From Callorhinchus milii (taxonomy: Eukaryota): DNA of 64,000 bases. Location of the stretch: positions 83,082,001 to 83,146,000 of the forward strand of contig NW_024704742.1 of assembly GCF_018977255.1 (NCBI RefSeq), given 5' to 3'. A program made the position numbers and the translations under genes. Positions 1-13,092 of the stretch are shown one piece after another. Below the pieces are notes generated by a model, which was not told the DNA's origin, searched no databases, and saw only the letters and a program-made list of their open reading frames with translations. Every line of letters starts with the position of its first letter. Position 1 is the stretch's first letter.

Positions 1-235
1 CTGCGAGTTCAATGTCTCAGCCTGACAAACAACAAATATCGTTGAATCAAAGATAGCTCAGGGCTAAATTTTGCTAGAATCTTTGCCATAAAATGATTCA
101 TAGCTACAAAATCAAACTTTGACAGAGTCTGAAATTAAGAACATATCAATAAACTATCAGTAAAGATTGAAATAATTATGTCATCTGTAAGTTACAGTAA
201 ACTAATAGAAGTTTATTTTTCACACGGTGTTATAG

Positions 236-492
236 ATCATCTATAATAATGACCACATTGAAGTGGATGGGAGAGCCACGCAGAAGCTGATCACCAACTT
301 GAGACCGGACACATCGTACTCATTTGTCTTGACTAATCGAGGGAATAGTGCAGGTGGACTACAACAAGTGGTCTCAGCGCACACCGCGCCAGATATGCTC
401 CGCACCAAGCCCGTCTTCATTGAGAAAACCAATTTGGATGGAATGCTGACTGTGGAGCTGACCGCAGTGCCACCTACACAAGCCGCAGTGAA
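236..492 (+). CDS. PTPRD: PTPRD coding exon (end of last FNIII repeat / membrane-proximal ectodomain)
   Basis: tatag|ATC acceptor, AA|gtaagc donor; [43 protein letters not shown]...[10 protein letters not shown] resembles PTPRD ([15 protein letters not shown]); 257 nt, ends phase 2. Confidence 0.95.
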
Positions 493-788
493 GTAAGCAA
501 TCGCTTAGCGATCCCTGCGATTGTACCTTCATCTCACGTGTGTTTTTTTAAACAAGCTGAGGTTATTTTACAGGTTATTCATCATATCTGTGGATAATTT
601 TTTCTTGTGGGTATTTTTAATTTATTTTTTTCAATCAAAAATGGAAGTGGTCTTGCCCCTGGAGTTTTCCTATTGCTTATAACTGATGGGAATTCTGGCT
701 CTAGGAGTAACCTCAATTAGGCACAGTAGTAAATCTGAACTGCTGTTAATTTTGCCTCTTTCTCCAGCGTAGGTTGTGTGGAGTTTAT

Positions 789-1378
789 GCAATACAATTT
801 ACATTTATGTAGCGTCTTTCACGTCAGGAGGAAGTGCCAAGGCGCTTTCCACCGTTCGCTGGGCACCCGATCTGGGGCTGGGAGACAAAGAGGGTTGGGG
901 AGGGAAAAAATTACTGAAAGTACTGTCAAAGAGGTGTGTCTTGAGGTGGGCCTTGAACAAGAGGAGGGAGGGAAGGAGCGAGTCGGAGAGAATACAGAAT
1001 GGAGTTCCAGAGAGCACAGATCAATTGGCTGAAAGCTTGCACATCGATTGTAGGGTGGATAGGACAGGGGACCTGAAGCAGGCCTGTGTTCGCAATGGGA
1101 GCAAGGGGGTGGTTGGGTTGAAGGAGATCATGAAAGTTGGGTGGGGAGAGACCATAGAGGGATTTAAAGATGTGACTAAGGATTTTGAATTTAATCCTTT
1201 GGGAGGATGAAGATCCAGTAAGGATGGGGGTGATAGGCCCGCAGAGCCTGGTACAGGAGAGGACATGGGCTGCAGAGTTCTGGATAGTCTGCAGCTTGTG
1301 GAGGGAAGTGCTGGGGAAAGCATTGAGGGGAGCAAGAGGGTAGTCAAGCTGGGATGTGATGAAAGCGACACAGAGGCT
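789..1378 (-). mobile_element. L2-clade LINE 3' fragment
   Basis: ORF 926..1459(-) has FITSQLDY..LHKLQTIQNSAAHVLS..PITPIL, the L2 ORF2 C-terminus; 3' end ...tgaaagacgctacataaatgtaaattgtattg. Confidence 0.85.
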
Positions 1379-2246
1379 AAATCTAGTTGCAGCTACTGAT
1401 CCACCACCTAATTTTTCTCCATCAGTTAGAATCGCTGTTGTTGACAGAAATGGGAACACTCAAGGCTACTTTTACCTCAGTATTGAGAGCCCTATTCCTC
1501 TGCAACTGTACATCGCTCTGCGCCAGTATATTCCTGTTGTTGGCAAGATAAAATAGGAGGCGTGCTTTCCGATATTTTACAAGTTGAAATGTAACTAAAT
1601 AAAATCAATAGGCCCACAGATGGCAATGCATTATAGGATTCAAAGTGGATTTCCATGATATTGTACGTTTAATTATGGCCCTTGGGCAGAAAAATCCTTT
1701 GCTTTTGCAGTAACCGATATTTCTTTGGCAAATCTCACACGTGACAATCACTGACTACACCAGACAAGTGAGTAAATGATGGTGTGGAGAGGAGAAGCGC
1801 ATGGGGACAGAACATCCTTCTATGTCTAAATAAATACACACAACTGAGAATTTTGTTGTTTTCCAATTTAAATTCCCTTGTTTCTTAGTGTTTTATCACC
1901 AGTGCTGATATACGACTCATATTCTAGAATGAACACGTCGAGAGGGTATTGCTGGGGTAACCATTGTAGCAAAATGGGAGGCAAGATAGGAAAGGGTGGG
2001 TGCTCTTTCAGTGAAATGTCCTTCATTTTAACTTTTTCCGGATTTCAACCATTATTCATGCTTCTTTTACACAAAAGATATTTACTCACGGGTATCTACT
2101 TACCTCAAGCCTAGGTGTTTGGAGACAACAACAAAGACTTGCATTTATATAGGGTCCTTCACATGAGACAGCGTCTTGGGCCACTGAAAACATAAGGGTA
2201 GATATTTGTGTTCAACCCTATCCTTGAGAGAGATGTCATGCCTCAT

Positions 2247-2410
2247 CAACAGCAACAACAACAATATTTCATTTATAGAGCGCCTTTCACGTCGGGAGGA
2301 CGTCCCAAGGCACTGGACAGTTGGGTCGGGACCCGAGCAGAGGGGTAATGGTCAGGTGGAGGGGAGGAAAGGGAGGGAGCGAGGAGGGGGTAGAGAGTCG
2401 AGAGGAGTGA
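2247..2410 (-). mobile_element. short L2 3' end with (TTG)n tail
   Basis: Nearly the same 3' UTR as the copies at 5258 and 58452. Confidence 0.8.
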
Positions 2411-4518
2411 GTTAGGAGTCATGTAGGAGTTAGGTTGACATTCAGTGCCTTGGAACGTCCTTATAACATGAAAGGCGCTATACAATTTGAAGATGGGGCA
2501 AGGAGGATTGATTGAGGGAGTTCCAGAGGGGAAACTCAACCACTAAATGAAGAAGATGAGGAAAAGGTTTTGGAGAAGGCTTTGTTATTCATGATCATAT
2601 TCTTGGCAGAAGTGCGAGGACACAGGCATTCCCAAGATTCTCAGTGTCCACCTTACAAAATGAAGCTGGACAAGAATGTCAATTGAAAGATGGAAACAGG
2701 CCATTTTGCCCAACTTGCCAGTGTTTATACTACACATAAGCTTCCAATCTCCTTTCCTATGCCCCTTCTATTCCCTTATCCCTCATGTATACATCAAGTT
2801 TCTTTTTAAATCCAGCAGTGAGTTCCACATTCTGACCACCCTCTCTGTGAACAAGTTTCTCTTAAATTTCCTTTTACATCTACTATTTCCTGTCCTATAC
2901 TTATGTCCCATCTTTTTGGACTTTCCAACAAGGTGGAAAGGTGGAAACACTTGGCAGCGTCCACCTAATGAATCCTTTGATAATTGTAAACAACTCTATC
3001 AGGTTCCCTTCAACTGTCCCATCCAGATAGGTATGTTTTAACCCTTCCAATCTTTTTTTGAAGTTTGTATTCTACTCAATACCAGATCAATAGAATCATC
3101 TATGTGTAACTGAGGATGACACTGAGTCTTAAGGGTGCCATTAATTTCAAATTATAAATGTTTGTGGTCATCTACTGGGGCATGTTTTTATATATGTATA
3201 TATTTGCTTTGCTACATATATATATGTATATCGATGAGTATTTGATTAATATCTGCACACTTGGTTGTGTTTTGTTATTAATGTACAGCTATGGGATCAA
3301 ATCTTAATATTGGCATTATACTCTTTTAATAGACAACGCTAAGGTCTTTGTAACCACCTTCTTTAAAGTGCAAGAACCTTATAGTAAAAAGGAACATGTT
3401 TTGAAACCTATCTTATTTGATTTTTATGCTTGCTAAATCTATACTTCTAATAAAAAAATCTGTAATTTTCACTAAATATTTTAGGTGCAGCTTAGCATCT
3501 TTAACATAGCATCATTTATTTTCCCATGTTTCATAAAGTACTTTTGACCCCATGAATTATGTCAGCACTTTCATAGTCATGTATAATACCCTAAGCTACT
3601 GTGTGGGACTTCTAACAAGTGACGCAATATGTGCTGTAAAGGAGACATTCCCAAATGTCTTTGGTTCTAATCGCAACAAGACACAACTAAGGTCATACCC
3701 TTTTGGCTTGAGTTGAATTGTCTCTGTTCCAGCTTTGGTTAGCTCCTGCCCTTTCGTTGTTGCTAACTCACCATGAAGCAGGCCAGGGTTTGCTGAGCAA
3801 AGGGAGCTGGGAGTTGATAGGGTTGTAGGAGGTCATGGAGGTAGAGTGGGGAGAGACCATGGAGGGATTTAAAGATGAGAATAATAATCTTGAATTCAGT
3901 CCTTTGGAGGATGAAGATCCAGTGAAGCTGAGCAAGGATGGGAACTCCTTAATCTCATTCTCTGCTGTTAGAGGGTCCCACATGCCAGACTGCAATTGTC
4001 TTCCCACTTGCTGCCCAATTCTAGGGAAAATTCACACCTTGAATTTTGGGCACAACTGAAGCTACACAAAAAATATCTAAACTGATAGTAACTTTCAACG
4101 TCTTCCATTGGGATTTTGAGCCTCTGATTTGTTGTTCACCTGCAGCTCCGTTTATGTTTCAATAGTACAGAGAAATCCAATTACCTCCTTTGATGCAATG
4201 TGTAAACCTCACTTGACTACATCTCATTTTGTGAAGTACTTTGAAACTTTGTCTTATGTGAAAGAGGCTAACTGAATCAAGTCCTTGTTGCTGACTTGCG
4301 GACATTGAACTAGATTTGCTTGTTAGCCAGGATTGTGATGAGCTGGGAGGACATTATATAATGCCAGCTAGCACAAAGGAGATGTTTATTCAGAGCCACG
4401 GCATTCTGTATGCAAGGCTGGATGTGTGACTCATGTTGGTCATTTATATTGGACTTCTCTCAAGACAGAAACCCGTTTAGTTAGATGAGAGCAACATGTG
4501 CAGGGTGTTTCCTACCTA

Positions 4519-5920
4519 GGTGTGAGGTGATACACTTAGGTAGGAAAAATGATAGAAGACAATATAGACTTGGTAGCTCAATCTTAAGGGGGGTGAACGT
4601 ACAGAAAGATCTGGGTGTTCAAGTAAGTGAATCATTAAAGGTAGCGGGGCAGATAAATAAGGCAGTAAAAAAGGTATTTGGTGTACTGAGCTTTATTAGT
4701 AGGGGCATAGAGTATAAGAGTAGGGAGATTATGGTTATTCTATGCAAAACACTGGTTAGGCCTCAGCTGGAGTACCGCGTCCAGTTCTGGGCACCTTACT
4801 TCAGGAAGGACATTAAGGCACTGGAAAGGGTGCAGAGGAGATTCACGAGAATGATACCAGGAATGGGGAACCTTAGTTATGAGGACAGGCTGGAGAAGTT
4901 AGGACTTTTCCCATTAGAGCAGAGAAGGTTACGCGGGGACCTGATAGAGGTCTTCAAGATCATGAAAGGTTTCGACAGGCTAGATAAGGAAAAGCTGTTT
5001 CCGCTGGTAGGTGTGTCTGTGACCCGTGGTCATAGTCTTAAGATATCTACCAAAAGAAGCAGAGGGGAGGTTAGAAGAAATGTTTTCACTCAGCGAGTTG
5101 TTCGAATTTGGAATGATCTGCCTGAAAGGGTAGTGAAGTCCAATTCGATAACAGCTTTTAAGAGAGAACTGGATAAGTATCTGGGGAAGACGGGTTTGCA
5201 GGGTTATGGGGAGAAAGCTGGTGATTGGGGTTAGTGAAAGTGACTTGCTCTGTCAAACAACAACAACAACAAGATTCCATTTATAGAGCGCCTTTCACGT
5301 CAGGAGGACGTCCCAAGGCGCTGCACAGTTGGGTCATGACCCGAGCAGGGGGGAAATGGTCAGGGTGAGGGGAGGGAAGGGAGGGAGAGAGGAGGGGGGA
5401 AATGGTCAGGGTGAGGGGAGGGAAGGGAGGGAGCGAGGAGGAGGAAGAGAGTCGAGAGGGGAGCTGAAGGCACGGTCAAAGAGAAAGGTTTTGAGACCGG
5501 CCTTGAAGGAGGAAAGGGAGGAAGCAAGGCGAAGGCACTGGGGGATGGAGTTCCAGAGCCTCGGGGCTGAGAGGCTGAAGGCCCGACCACCGATAGTAGG
5601 GCGGTTGGGGCGGGGGACGTGGAGCAGACCGGAGCCAGAGGAACGGAGGGTACGGGCAGGTAGGTAGGGGATAGTAGGTTGGAGAGGTAGGAGGGAGCAA
5701 GGCCGTGAATGGCCTTGTAGGTGAGGATGAGGATCTTGAAATCAATCCTCTGGGGGATGGGGAGCCAGTGGAGGCGAGCGAGGGTGGGAGTGATGTGGTC
5801 CCGAAGCCTGGTGCGGGACAGTACACGAGCTGCAGAGTTCTGAATGACACTCAAAGAGCCGGCACAAACTCAATGGGCCGAATGGCCTCCTTCTGTACCG
5901 TAACATTCTATGAATCTATG
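4519..5920 (+). mobile_element. CR1-clade LINE 3' fragment, interrupted by an L2
   Basis: ORF 4485..5234: CEVIHLG..KDLGV..LVRPQLEY..QFWAPY..LERVQRRFTRMIPG..RRLRGDLIEVFKIMKG..TRGH..FTQRVVRIWNDLP; 3' UTR resumes at 5851 (gggccgaatggcct...ttctatgaatctatg). Confidence 0.92.
5258..5850 (-). mobile_element. L2 3' fragment nested in the CR1 3' UTR
   Basis: ORF 5360..5854(-) IQNSAARVLSRTRLRDHITPTLARLHWLP..FKILIL; (TTG)n tail; TCAAA direct repeat at 5253-5257 and 5851-5855. Confidence 0.92.
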
Positions 5921-5953
5921 TGTTTTATTCTCAATTGTGCTTTTCTTTCACAG

Positions 5954-6044
5954 AGGATATTATATTGTAGTTGTGCCTTTGAAGAAAGCACGTGGAAAGT
6001 TTCTTAAGCTCTGGGAGAGTCCCGATGAGATGGATTTGGAGGAG
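5954..6044 (+). CDS. PTPRD: PTPRD coding exon
   Basis: ttcacag|A...GAG|gtaagc; (K)GYYIVVVPLKKARGKFLKLWESPDEMDLEE; 91 nt, phase 2 to 0. Confidence 0.95.
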
Positions 6045-7822
6045 GTAAGCATCCACCTGCTACCCCATTACACAATTAGAACAGGAAGGAAAAGCAACTC
6101 AGTCTAACTAATAGATATTTCTGCTAGCTCCAACATATCGTGCGGAAAGGGCATATAATTTGTGATGGTTCACAATAGGCTCCTTAAATTAAGAAGCCTG
6201 TTAAAATTTCCGCCAACCGGATCTCTGCTCCAGAAATGGATCACATGGAGTACAGCTCTCACTCAGCTGTGTAACAGGAAGGAGCCTTCATTTTGTAATT
6301 GTTGGGATCCTTATTCAGGAATCCTTTTAAGAAATATGGCAAATTGAACCTGATCTCAGTTCACAGAATTTCACTGTGAATGTATTTTTCCTTCATTTGT
6401 TCATAGTGCTGAGGTCAAGTGTGCAAAACATGTTCCAGAATTTGACTTTGTTTTATTAGACTTTTTTGAACAGAGGGTGTCTGACACAACCGGAAATCCA
6501 TCACCATGCTTAAGGGTCTCCAAACCAAACTACTAGAACTGCTGTTTTTATCACATCCTGCTTAGACTTTTCCAATACACTCATTGCTGGTCTCCCTAAT
6601 TCCATCATTCACAAGCTTTAGCCTATCCAAAACACCATCATCCGCATCAAACTGCACACCCATCACCCCATTCCTTGCCATTCTCCCCTAGCTCCCAGCA
6701 CGCCTTCAAGATCCTCTCTAGAAATCCATCCACTTGGCACCTTATTATCTTTTCAATCTCCTTACCTACTCCTCCGTCTCATCCCTCCACTCAGCAAACT
6801 CAGGCTTGTACATGTGTCTATTCGATTCTGATATTCATTTGCCAGACATGTCACCTCAGAGCCGACTCAAAACCAAACATACCCTGTTTACTCCATGTTT
6901 CTCTCCTCCCTCTTCCTCTCCTCAAGGCATCTCTTTATTTCCTTCCACTATATGCTTTGAGTTGCCAGAACCCACAACCTTCAGAGCTATGAAGTGGACA
7001 CAAATATGTACATATTTAGTGACAGAGGATAGTTAAAGTGGATTATACTTACCCTTTAAATCTACATAAGACCCTTAAAAGCTGCACGTGTCTGAGAGTC
7101 ACTTATCTAACTTCAGGTGGAGTGGAAGATAATAGTAATAATAATCCTTATATTTGATAGGCGCTTTTCATGTTGGGAAGACATCTCAAAGCACTCCACA
7201 GGATTTACAATAAAGTGGAGTGACTGTGTACCTTGTTGGCAAAACATAGAAATTTACAGCAGAAAGAAAGACCACCCGGCCCATCGGGTCTATGTTGGCT
7301 CTTTTAAAAATAATCTTATCAGGCCCATTCATTTGTCATTTCCCCATTTCCCAGTCAGTTATTTCTTTTTCAGTATTTTTCTGGTTCCCTTTTGAAAACT
7401 AATGTGGATTCCATCTCAATCGCCGCTCCTGACAGGACATTTCATATCTTAACCACGCTGTGGGTGAAAAAAGTTCTTCTAATCTCATTTATATATTTAT
7501 TAACTTTCTTAAAATTGGTGCCTTCTGATCACTGACTCACTGACCAGTGGAACCAAACCAGGTACCAATAAGGTCACAGCTCAGTGCCCTGGTTTCAGAC
7601 AGTGGATCAGACTCTACAGCCCCAATTGCTAATTTATTAAAATTGTTTCTTTATTTGTCAAAGTTCATCACGCAATAATAAACGTGAGGAAAAAATTATA
7701 TTTTCGGAAGAAATATTCAGGAATAAGCCCATTGTCTGAAATTCAAAATTAAAGTGTAAATTATATGACAATTAAGAGAAATGGTGGCAACCGCCTCACC
7801 ATTGGTCGGCGAGATTTCAGAT

Positions 7823-8045
7823 ATTCTGTAGCTCAGTGGTTAGAGCACTCGCCGCGCAAGCGAGAGACCTGGGCTCGAATCCCAGCAGGGCGAAATGTTG
7901 GGCAAGTTTCCTTACTCCACACACCTCTGTTTACCTAGCAGTAATTAGGAGCCCAGTTGTTAGTCGATTAGCTCTGTGAAGTGCTTTGAGACTTCTCAAA
8001 GATGTGATAAGGCGCTATATCAAATGCAAGGATTATTATTATTAT
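7823..8045 (+). mobile_element. tRNA-derived SINE (variant body)
   Basis: A box tagctcagtgg, B box ggctcgaatcc, tail ...tatatcaaatgcaaggattattattatt. Confidence 0.85.
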
Positions 8046-8689
8046 GCCTCTGATTGCTGGAACTCCATTCTGGAATCCCTGCATCTCACCAATCTCTCCT
8101 CATTTCAAAAGCCCACCTCAGGACTTAACTCTTTTATCCCACTTTCAGTCATCTTTCCTTGCCTTTCCTCTCCCCCCAATCCCCACCTTCTTCACCTTCC
8201 ACTCATAGTTCGGGTGCCCAGCCAACTGTGTGAAGTGTTTTGGGACTCTAGTCCTTAAATAAAATACATACGCCCACACCATCATTCAAGCCAGGAGTGG
8301 GTGACGGCTGAGAGTGAGGAGATCTGCATGTTGTTTGCACAGGGAGGGGAAAAAAGCAAACATTGCAAAAGTTAAGGGGCCCTCACAATACTGCAGTGCT
8401 GTTTCCACCTTCTCGTCACCCTCCGTCAGCTCAGGAAGTGGACAATCCTGCCTGCAACACGATTGATTCAGAGATGTTGACCCATCGCGGGGTGGAAAAC
8501 TGCAGCACGTGACATTATTTCCCCACTCCTAACCAGCGATTGACTATTTTTGACTTGCATTCGAATCGCTCCATGGCTTCTGTGATCTCCTGCCATCCTA
8601 CCCACCTTCGCACAGCAATCAGCAGCCTGCTACATGTTCCCTGCCCTTTCCGCCCAACAATCACGTGCAAGATTTCAGCCATTCCAGCT

Positions 8690-8950
8690 CTCTGGAACTA
8701 AACAGCAAATTCCTCAGGTTCCCAGATATGTTAGACGAGCACATTCTCTGGGATGCCCAAGCCTTGAATCTTGCCAACCTGCACCCAATGCTTTCTGGAA
8801 TTAGGTAAGCAGGGGGTGCATTCCATTCCAGAAACAGGGACATTGTCATTGTCGGTGCAATACATAAGGAGAACTCTCGGTCTGGTTTGGTTACTCTGAA
8901 GCATGATGATGGGTTTCCACATGTATCAGACACACAACTGACCAAAAAAA
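8690..8950 (-). repeat. unclassified interspersed repeat, family X
   Basis: Shares catgtggaaacccatca(c/t)catgctt..ccaaaccagac..ctggaatggaatg with the copies at 6475, 11030, 43700 and 55180. Confidence 0.7.
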
Positions 8951-9131
8951 ATGATACATCTAGCAGCTAACCCGAGATGAACATGTGAATGGAGGGTTAG
9001 CCGCAGCCACATCTGAGCACTAGTAGGACCCTCTAAATATCCTTTGGGGAATCTCTTAAATTGGACCTGAGAGTAAATATAGTGCCTATTCCCCCCCCTC
9101 CCACCAGCATCACAGTAAAACTGTATGACAG

Positions 9132-9510
9132 TCTGGCTCAGTGGTAACACTCTCGTCTCTTGAGTCAGCAGGTTGTGAGTTCAAGCCCTAAATATCTAAG
9201 CTGACACTCCATTGCAAGGGCTGTGTTGCATTGTCGGATGAGACGTTATACCAAGGTCCCGTTTGTTTGCTCAGGTGGACATTAATGATCTAATGACACT
9301 ATTCGAAAAGAGAAGGGAGTTTCTCCTGGAGTCCTGGCCAGCCATTCCTCTAATAAAATTGGTCATTCACTTCATGGCTGTTTGTGGGACCTTGTGTGCA
9401 AATTGGCTTCCGTGTTTGACTACAAAAACACAACTTGGCAGTAAATCCTGAGAAGCACTCTTGGCTTCCTCCTCGCGCTATACCAAATGCAAAGCTTATT
9501 ATTATTATTA
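9132..9510 (+). mobile_element. Deu-domain SINE (SacSINE1/AmnSINE-like)
   Basis: tRNA-like head tggctcagtggtaacactctcgtctc..gagttcaagccc; core caggtggacattaatgatc..cactattcgaaaagagaagggagtt..ctgtttgtgggac; (ATT)n tail. Confidence 0.75.
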
Positions 9511-9600
9511 AGATTGTGGATTTTGATTTTGTTTCTAGGCTTTGGTTTTGCACATTACAATTAAAAGAATGACTTAGGAAAATACATCTTTCTTTTCCAG

Positions 9601-9816
9601 CTACTTAAAGAAATCTCCAGGAAACGAAGAAGCCTCCAACGTCTGCGGAGGCACGCAGACCTGTCAAAACCATATATTGCAGCTTTGTTTGATGTTCTTC
9701 CGCAAAAATTCACCCTCGGTGATCAGAAGTTTTACAGTGGATTTGAGAATAGGCGACTCCAAAGTGGCCAGGAATATGTTTTCTTTATCTTAGCTGTGCT
9801 TGACAGCCCGGAATCT
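9601..9816 (+). CDS. PTPRD: PTPRD coding exon containing furin-type cleavage site RKRR
   Basis: ttttccag|CTA...TCT|gtaagt; [41 protein letters not shown]...[13 protein letters not shown]; 216 nt. Confidence 0.95.
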
Positions 9817-11029
9817 GTAAGTTGCTTTCAATTCAGTCATTTCATATGTTCCAATGTATTGTTTTAGCTTAAATAATCGATGGTGACTTTAATGCTATTC
9901 CCTGCTATAAATAATTAAAGGTTGCAAAACAAGCCATGCATAATATATGTATGCATAATATGTGTATAATCTTTATATATAATATATGCATAAATATATA
10001 TAATCTATACATAAATATATATAATATAAAGGTAGTTATGACATGGATTGATTGATTTAGTTGCAGATGTAGTACACTTGTTGCGAAGGCAAGATAAGCA
10101 TTGCCTAATTGTCGTAATTTGCTCAGCTTTGTTGTATAATTTGTAACACATTAAAATGTCATGTAACAATGGTGCAATGATAAGGTAGCTTTTAGAATTA
10201 AGCATTGCAGCATCCCGTTCCATGCTTGCAGGTTCTCTGCATTAAGGTTTTTTTATGCTCTCAAATGTAGTACGCAAAAGGAATGAATTAATCCTCCCTT
10301 CGGGACAGAGTTCAGGTGATATGATGCTAATCGTGCCACAAAATATATTAAAAGGATGTGGATACATGTGCAAGCCTATGGGGACAGTATTTTGTAATGC
10401 TACCCTCGCTGATAGCTGTTGCCTTAAAAGTCATTGTAATGAAATGTTTGAACTATTTGGTGTTTGCAAAACTAGCAAATGCCTTAAGTCAGCGAACATT
10501 ACGATAATTATATTAACTCTTGCTCGGCGTTAAGGCATTACAAAAATATTGCACAAAGGCAATGTTCCTCTTGACTCCTTCAGGGCCCATCCATGTACAT
10601 CCAGATAGGAATTGCTGACAACTCAGAGAAAATCACCTGGGACGCTTAGTGCTTAAATGAAATGTACCCCTTGGGTGGTCAGGTGATCTTACTGAATGCC
10701 ACTGTGGAACAGCTTGGTCCTGAAGGTGACCCTTGCTATCCTTCTGTCACAGTAAAATCTGTTGTCTCCTACCCCACAGAAAGCACATATAAGTTTTGGG
10801 TTGTCAGTCAGATCTGCCTTCAAAGTACAAATGGGAAGTTTGGGATTTAGGTTTCTCGGTTCCTTTTTTGGAGCTTGCTTAAATGCCCTCAGGGAACAGG
10901 GAACAAATTTCCAGGCAAATAGTTTTTTTCCCTTAAAACAATTAACCATGGATAATTTTTCATCTTGTGTTTTGTTTTCATTACTCCCAGGAGGGGAGGT
11001 GTATATTGTCAGATTTTTTTTAATCAGCC

Positions 11030-11345
11030 AGATGTCTTGACATGTGGAAACCCATCACCATGCTTAAGAGTATCCAAACCAGACTAAGAGCTCCACATGT
11101 GTATGCCACCTATGCATGAAAATTTCCCTATGTCTGGAATGATTACACACTCTTTTTGTGGAGGGACGCACCCTGCTTACACTAATTCCAGAAAATATTA
11201 CAACAACAACTTATATATAAGTATATAGTGCCCTCCACACAAGGTAGCGTCTGAGAGCACTTGGGTGGAAGTTGAACAAAAGCCATGCATTGTGTGTTGG
11301 GGTACTGCTAGAATTTAACCATCTGAAACTGGGGACGGACTTAGT
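11030..11345 (+). repeat. family X copy, interrupted by a short L2 tail (~11200-11260, - strand)
   Basis: Matches the 8690 and 55180 copies on both sides of a caacaacaac... insert. Confidence 0.65.
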
Positions 11346-11706
11346 GTATCTGTTCCAGGCCTTTCTGACGGAGGTGGTTAGTCCCAAGAGCGAATTTGAT
11401 GGGTCTCGCTGTATCATCCGCAATATTGCATCTGGTATCTCATCTACCAGCTTCTTCTGTAATACTATTATTTAACACACCTGAAATAAGCATTTTGCCA
11501 CAGAACGAGAAATTGTCCGTGCAGAATACTTAAGGATATCTCTCCCTTGGGTCTAACATCTCTCGGAGGCAGTATTACATTGTCGCAATGTAACATCCCC
11601 ATGAGCCAGTGTAATTCTTCTTTCCTAAGATTGCAATTCATTCAATTTCGAGCTATATATTAAAAAAAGGTTGATTTATTAGTTCAACTTTGCGCTCTAA
11701 TTCCAG

Positions 11707-11867
11707 ATGATGTATGCGACGAGTCCTTATTCTGACACGGTGGTATCCGCAGACCTTGATCCTCAGCCTGCCTCTGATGAAGAAGAAGGGTTGATATGGG
11801 TGGTCGGCCCTGTTTTGGCTGTGGTGTTCATCATATGCATTGTCATTGCTATTCTCCTATACAAGAG
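11707..11867 (+). CDS. PTPRD: PTPRD transmembrane exon
   Basis: ttccag|ATG...AAG AG|gtaaga; [10 protein letters not shown]...[29 protein letters not shown]; 161 nt. Confidence 0.97.
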
Positions 11868-13080
11868 GTAAGAAATTGAGCAAGAGTGCAGCACAAGCTC
11901 AGTGAGGGATTTGATGATCCATGGTGTTGGAAGCAATTATCTTAGAAGCATAAAAATTCCAACTGAGGAAAGGTAATTCACCCCATCAAGCCTGGACTGG
12001 ACCTAACTACTCAAATACAATTTTTCTGATCTTTTCCCACTCCCCTTTATATTATCTTCTTCATAATCCTCTTAACTCCAATTTCCTGCTCTTTACATGA
12101 TCTCCTTTAAATCAAAGCTATTCAAAAATGTTTGTCCATTTCCTATTTTAATATAGTTACGGTCCCAGCCTCGATAGTGATTTGTAGCAAAGCATTCCCT
12201 ATTGTGATAATCCTCAGTGGGACAGAGAAGTACATCTGTTGTTGACTGCTTCCTGTGCAAATCTCACGCATTTAGACCCCATAGTTTCAGTCAGCCATGC
12301 AGCTGTGTGTTACAATTGAAAGAAAAACTGAAGCAGTTTGCTGTCAACCTAAAGTCCCTGCCTCTTACCTGATCCCTAGTCGGGAACTGAACTTTTCATC
12401 TGGCTGCCTATGTTAGCCAAGATGGTCTGAGCGTCACTGTCTCCGCAGTGGAGACATGCTGTGTTTGGGAGCGCCTATGGACGGGTTTCAGAATGTCGGG
12501 CTCCAAGTTCCCTCGGCAGCCGTTGTTTCCTCACTCATTGGCAGTCCTGTGGATCATCAGGCAGCTCGTATTTGTGTTGTGCTTAAAAAAACAAGTGTTT
12601 TCTGATGTGCCATAAACATAGGGACATCTGTTCCGTTGGTTGTGAAAGTGGCACGAGCACCTTGTGAAGACGAGCAATTGCTTCAGTTGACACGGTGAAT
12701 TTGCTCGGAGGCTGATAATTGCTGGACGTTTAACAATACCAAACGGTGCCACCGCCACCTCTGCTACGGCGGTGATTAAGTGCGGCATTTCAGTCTTCTC
12801 TGGTCATAAATGAATGTGACATAAGAAGCAAAATGTATTTCTGTTAAAGCACGCGTATTCCTGTTGTTTTGTCCTGACCTTTAGCCCTCTATTATATTGC
12901 TATTAGAAGGCATTAACTGCACTGATGAACTGTCAGTTCTCAATTTGCATGTTAAGTAACATGTTCCCTGCCAGGGAGCCATCCGTGGTTAAATAACTAT
13001 GTTTCCATGGCAACTGTTCTCTTCAAAGGGCAGCTAACACACTGATCTTTTTCTTTTTCCTTTGTCTTTCAATGGGATAG

Positions 13081-13092
13081 CAAACCTGACAG
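13081..13092 (+). CDS. PTPRD: 12-nt juxtamembrane micro-exon (adds SKPD)
   Basis: ctaac branch point, pyrimidine tract, gatag|CAAACCTGACAG|gtaagc; phase 2/2; gives YK-SKPD-RKR, like the KPD juxtamembrane insert of LAR-family PTPs. Confidence 0.85.

Noticed and set aside
4485..5234. 249-aa ORF as a nested host gene
   Set aside because: CR1 ORF2 C-terminal region; the ATG comes by chance from flanking DNA.
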